Source: a bacterium
GTDB lineage: Bacteria; Patescibacteriota; Doudnabacteria; UBA920; VMFF01
DNA length: 55,458 nucleotides
NCBI GenBank assembly: GCA_021811585.1
Contig: JAJZOG010000007.1
Location: forward strand, 1 to 55,458
Reading direction: 5' to 3'
The notes under the pieces were generated by a model. That model was not told where the DNA came from. It saw only the letters and a list, made by a program, of their open reading frames with translations, and made no database searches. Every line of letters starts with the position of its first letter. Positions within the stretch are counted from its first letter, which is position 1. A program made the position numbers and the translations under genes. Below are positions 50,997-55,458 of this stretch, in pieces.

Positions 50997-51177
50997 GGGT
51001 CCAACCCAAACCCCCAACCTAACTCCCCAATCTAAGGACACGATTGTGGTGTTTAGGCAAGTGTTTTAATAATATTTTAATTGAGTTTCCCTTATATATT
51101 GCATAAATATCCTTAGATTGGGGGTTTGGATTAGGGGTTTAGGTTGGGGGTTTAGGTTGGGGTATTGGGTTGGACCC
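50997..51177. mobile_element. 181-bp MITE-like palindromic element, copy 2
   Basis: Same architecture as 23114-23294, with 1 mismatch. It fills almost the whole smpB-argS divergent spacer. Confidence 0.85.
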
Positions 51178-51203
51178 TATCATTCTATGTTATAATTTCT
51201 CAT

Positions 51204-53261
51204 ATGAAAAGGTATTTGCAAAAGCTGGTTTCAGAGGTTTTGGGCGGAATGTTTGAGAATGGACAGATTTCGGCGCTCCCGCAATTTGAGATTTCGGCGC
51301 TCCCGCCTGCAAAGCAAAAATTTGGCGATTATAGTATAAACGTGGCGCACGCCATTGCCCGCGAGGGCAAATTCAATGCCAATGACGTCGCCGGCATAAT
51401 CGCGCAAAAACTTAAGGAAAATGACGATCAGGCCATGCTCGGCGAGGTAAATGTTGCCAATGGCTTTGTCAATATTTTCGCATCCCCGAAAGCATTGCAA
51501 AAAAACGCGCAAAACTGCGCATCCGATAAAATTGAAATAGAGCAAATCGGCTCTTCCGGCGGCCGCACGCGGAAAATCGTTTTCGAATATTCCAGTCCAA
51601 ACACAAACAAACCCTTGCACATCGGCCATACCCGCAATGATGTTTACGGAATGGCTTGCATAAATTTGCTTCGCGCCGCGGGTTTTGAGGTCACGGCAGC
51701 GGAAATCATCAATAATCGCGGCATACATATAATGAAGAGCATGCTTATGTATATGAAGTACGGCAAAGGCGCCACTCCGCAAAGCACGGGCACGAAGGGA
51801 GATCATTTTGTCGGCAAATTTTATGCGATGTTTGATCAAGAAAATTTAAAATTTGCAAAAAAAGTCGGCGAATCCTCACTTGGCGGAGAATTGCGCCACG
51901 ATGTGCCTCCGCGTAACCACGATGTGCCTCCGGACAAACCACTATCACAGTACGATGCGCTTCGGGGAGGCAGTCACGCCGCGCCTCCGGACAAATCACA
52001 GTCGCACGGCGAAGCATCACCCGAACAGTCATTTATCGAGCAAACGCCTCTTGAAAAAGAAGCGCTCAACCTCCTTCAAAAATGGGAAGCAGGCGATGCA
52101 CAAACGCGCGCGCTTTGGAAAAAAATGAATGCATGGTTTTACGAAGGCCTTAAAGAAACTTACGCGCGCGAGGGTTCGCAATTTGATGACGTCGAATATG
52201 AGAGTGAAATTTTTGATAAAGGCAAGGATCTTGTTCTGGATGGAGTTAAAAAAGGAATTTTTCAGCGCGAGCCGGACGGCAGCGTGAGCGTGGATTTGTC
52301 CTCGCAAGGATTGGATAAAAAATATCTTTTGCGCGCCGGGGGCACGACTTTATATATGACCCAGGATTTATATTTGTGGGATTTGCGCAACAAAAAATTC
52401 AAGCCGGATCTTGCATTGGTTACAACCGGCTCGGAGCAGGCCTATCATTTTGCGGTGCTGAAAAATATTTTTAAATTGCTCGAATATCCCTGGGCAGATT
52501 CTTTTTCGCATTTGCCTTATGAGCACGTTTATTTGGGGAACAGCAAAATGTCTTCGCGCGCGGGCAACACGGTTTCCGCGGATGATCTGCTGCTAAATGT
52601 CAAAGAAAAGGTGCGCCGGACAATGCAAAATTCGCAAAAAATAAAGGCGCGCGCAGAGGATGAAGATCTTGTGGAGGATATCGCTTTTGCCGCAATCAAA
52701 TACGGATATCTGAAATTCGACCGCAATACCAAAATTTATTTTGATATGGATGAAACAATTCAGGTTGAAGGCAATACTGGTCCGCACATCCAATACACGT
52801 ACGCGAGGATTCGAAGCATTTTGGATCAAGCCGTCGCAACATCCGCCACAACCGTCGACACGACCTCAGGCGCAACAGCAGGTACAACAGCAGGCGCAAA
52901 AGCCACTGCAACAGTAGATGTAATAGCAAAGGCCTCCGCAACAGCCGCCGCAACCACAACAGGCAGCCGCGCACCTGATTTTTCCGCATTGTCCGCACCC
53001 GAAGAGCTTTCGCTTTTGCGTTTCTTGCTCCACTGGGAAGAAGCGGTCTTGCAGGCAGCGCTGGAATACAAGCCCTCTCTTTTATGCGCCTATCTTTTTG
53101 AGCTCTCGGCAAAATACAATTCTTTTTACGAAAAACATTCTGTCCTCAAGGCCGAAAGCGCAGAATTAAAAACCGCGCGCTTAATCTTATCCGGGATTGT
53201 TGCTAATATACTGGCAAACGGTTTGGCTTTGCTGGGGATTAAAGCTCCGGCAAAAATGTAA
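51204..53261 (+). CDS. argS: Arginyl-tRNA synthetase with two low-complexity inserts
   Basis: It has HIGH (NKPLHIGHTRND), SKMSSRAGN and a DALR-type C-terminus. The start ATG at 51204 (MKRYLQKLV) lies 7 nt after TATAAT (51191-51196). Confidence 0.9.
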   Translation: MKRYLQKLVSEVLGGMFENGQISALPQFEISALPPAKQKFGDYSINVAHAIAREGKFNANDVAGIIAQKLKENDDQAMLGEVNVANGFVNIFASPKALQKNAQNCASDKIEIEQIGSSGGRTRKIVFEYSSPNTNKPLHIGHTRNDVYGMACINLLRAAGFEVTAAEIINNRGIHIMKSMLMYMKYGKGATPQSTGTKGDHFVGKFYAMFDQENLKFAKKVGESSLGGELRHDVPPRNHDVPPDKPLSQYDALRGGSHAAPPDKSQSHGEASPEQSFIEQTPLEKEALNLLQKWEAGDAQTRALWKKMNAWFYEGLKETYAREGSQFDDVEYESEIFDKGKDLVLDGVKKGIFQREPDGSVSVDLSSQGLDKKYLLRAGGTTLYMTQDLYLWDLRNKKFKPDLALVTTGSEQAYHFAVLKNIFKLLEYPWADSFSHLPYEHVYLGNSKMSSRAGNTVSADDLLLNVKEKVRRTMQNSQKIKARAEDEDLVEDIAFAAIKYGYLKFDRNTKIYFDMDETIQVEGNTGPHIQYTYARIRSILDQAVATSATTVDTTSGATAGTTAGAKATATVDVIAKASATAAATTTGSRAPDFSALSAPEELSLLRFLLHWEEAVLQAALEYKPSLLCAYLFELSAKYNSFYEKHSVLKAESAELKTARLILSGIVANILANGLALLGIKAPAKM

Positions 53262-53326
53262 TATAAAACCGGCGAACCCGGCTGCCGGCATTTTGTGATA
53301 GAATGCTTACAATAAAACTTGGCGCA

Positions 53327-53380
53327 ATATCAATAAAATTCACGCAGTATTAATAAAATTCACGCACTATTACACGCACT
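53327..53380. repeat. ~21-bp tandem repeats upstream of ileS
   Basis: atatcaataaaattcacgcagt, attaataaaattcacgcact and attacacgcact. Confidence 0.8.
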
Positions 53381-53422
53381 ATAAATAGGATTTCGTGCAC
53401 TATCAATATCAATAAAACCTCA

Positions 53423-55458
53423 TGCAATACGAAGAAGAAATTTTAAATTTTTGGGACGAGCACAAGATTTTTGATAAAACGCTCGAAAAAAATAAGGATA
53501 AAAAACCTTATGTTTTTTACGATGGTCCGCCGTTTGCAACCGGCTTGCCGCATTACGGACACATTCTCGCTTCAACCGTAAAAGACGCGGTGCCGCGCTA
53601 TTGGACCATGAAGGGATATTATGTGCGCCGCCGCTGGGGCTGGGATTGTCACGGCTTGCCCATTGAGCAGTTAATAGAGCAGAAGCTGGGCATCTCCGGG
53701 AAAAAACAAATTGAAAGTTTGGGCATCGATAAATTCAACGAGACCTGCAGGCAAAACGTTTTGACGTTTGCCGACCAATGGGGAAAAACCGTGCGCAGGA
53801 TCGGGCGCTTTGTGGAATTTGAAAATTCTTACAAAACCATGGATCCTACTTTTATGGAATCGGTTTGGTGGGCGTTGAAGCAGGCATGGGATAAGGATTT
53901 AGTTTATGAGGGCCGCAAGGTGCTCTTGTATTGCCCGCGCTGCGAAACGCCTGTTTCAAATTTTGAAGTTGCCATGGATAATTCGTATGACATGGAAAAA
54001 GATAATTCCGTGTACGTGAAATTTCCGGTGCGCGGCCGCGAAAAAACTTTTTTGCTTGCTTGGACGACAACCCCGTGGACTTTGCCGGGAAACGTGGCGC
54101 TCGCGGTCGGGAATAATATTGAATATTCCGAAGTTGAGATTGAAAGTTTGCCGCAATGGCAGGGCGGCGCACCCTTCAACGTTATTGAAGGCGAAACATA
54201 TATTTTTGCCTCTGACCGCGCAAAAGATATCTGGGGCGCGGATGCAAGCGGAGCGAAGTTCCGGAATGTGAAAAAGTTAAAAGGCGCGGATCTGGTCGGC
54301 CTTGAATACGAGCCGCTTTTTGGCGTGCCGGAGCTCCGTTCGAATAAATCCTATAAAGTTTATGCCGCGGATTTTGTGACCACGGAAGACGGCACGGGGA
54401 TTGTGCATACTGCCGTGGTTTACGGCGAAGACGATTATAATCTGGGCATAAAAGAAGGCCTGCCTGTTGTCCAGCTGCTTTCGCCGCAAGGATTGTACAA
54501 CGAGCTGTCGCCGGAATTTCTGCGCGGCAAATTTATTTTTGCCAAAGAGACAGATGAGGAAATTTTTAAATATTTGCGCGGGAAAGATCTGGTTTTTAAG
54601 GAGCTTGCATATGAACATTCGGTGCCTTTTTGCTGGCGTTGCGGCACGCGCCTCTTTTATAACGCGATTCCGGCGTGGTTTATAAACATACAAAAAATAA
54701 AAGCGCGCCTGCGGGAGCTTAATAAAGAGCAAATTAACTGGTATCCGGAGCACTTAAAATTCGGCAGGTTTGATAAAGGGCTGGCAAACGCGCCGGACTG
54801 GAACATATCCCGTAACCGTTATTGGGCAACGCCTTTGCCTTTTTGGCGCTGCACCGCGAAAAATTGCGGCAGAATTGCCTGCATCGGCAGCTTGACAGAG
54901 CTTCAGGATAAGGCAAAAAATTATGATGACGTCTACCAATCGCGCAATATAACCGAGGTTGATTTGCACCGCCCTTACATTGATAAGATTATTTTGGAGT
55001 GCCCGGTTTGTGCCAACGATATGCGCCGGATAGACGAAGTTATAGATTGCTGGGTGGAATCGGCAAGCATGCCTTTTGCGGAATTGCACTATCCTTTTGA
55101 AAACAAAGCCGCTTTCGGGCAAAGATATCCGGCGCAGTTTGTCGCCGAATACATAAACCAGACGCGCGCGTGGTTTTACGTCATGCATGCCATGGGAACG
55201 ATTCTCTTTGACCGCGCCCCGTTTGAAAACGTGGTTACAACCGGAGTAATCCTGGCGGAAGACGGGCAGAAGATGTCCAAATCAAAAGGCAATTTTCCAG
55301 ATCCCAATCTTATAATGGATAAATACGGCGTTGATGCTTTGCGCTATTATCTTTTATCTTCGCCCGTGATGCAGGGAGACAATCTTTTTTTCAGCGAAAA
55401 AGAATTGGACGAGATTTATAAAAAAGTAATTTTAATTCTGCAGAATGTCCTGAGCTTT
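53423..55458 (+). CDS. ileS: Isoleucyl-tRNA synthetase (3'-truncated by the window edge; not in the ORF track)
   Basis: MQYEEEILNFWDEHKIFDKTL...YDGPPFATGLPHYGHILAS...RRRWGWDCHGLPIE, with GQKMSKSKGNFPDP near the end. The frame is open to 55458. Confidence 0.9.

Overview
55.5-kb bacterial window. The gene content fits a reduced-genome, probably Patescibacteria/CPR-like organism: compact housekeeping translation genes, one 3,853-aa surface protein, a DGR, and many low-complexity inserts in conserved enzymes. This taxonomic placement is inference and cannot be verified here.

(1) Positions 1-10.9 kb are visibly AT-richer than the rest. They look like an accessory island abutting the 3' end of tRNA-Asn(GTT).
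- A diversity-generating retroelement: a VR truncated by the window edge, TR, an antisense avd, a (CT)10 tract and the RT.
- A minus-strand operon: 54-aa ORF, PtuB-like HNH, VRR-NUC-like nuclease, large serine recombinase and a ParB-like protein.
- A DPPY DNA methyltransferase and small plus large terminase subunits, but no capsid or portal genes.
- A near-consensus promoter bracketed by a perfect 17-bp inverted repeat.
- Two membrane or PH-like proteins.

(2) Positions 11-27 kb are core-like genes:
- a YdjM-like hydrolase, an RlmI-like SAM methyltransferase and 6-phosphogluconolactonase;
- a ThiF/E1-like enzyme and a thermostable-hemolysin/GNAT-like protein;
- a convergent histidine kinase / OmpR-type regulator pair;
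- a VirD4/TraD-like coupling ATPase, small ORF, Clp/Hsp100 ATPase and an acidic repeat protein in one minus-strand block.

(3) A PaaX/Cas2-fold regulator (27.2-27.6 kb) lies divergent from the giant gene at 28,493-40,054. That gene has phage-tail-fibre-like modules and three near-identical 330-bp internal repeats.

(4) Positions 40-55 kb carry rplT-rpmI-infC, tmRNA (ssrA), a cold-shock protein, an S1C protease, methyltransferases, a PLD/Nuc-like protein, smpB, argS and a 3'-truncated ileS.

The non-coding layer is the most unusual part. A G-tract-rich palindromic 181-bp MITE-like element is present as two full copies that touch gene boundaries. Two further arms form a 53-bp inverted repeat flanking a 2.56-kb two-gene segment. 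Many intergenic spacers also carry short tandem duplications.

No CRISPR array and no rRNA were seen.
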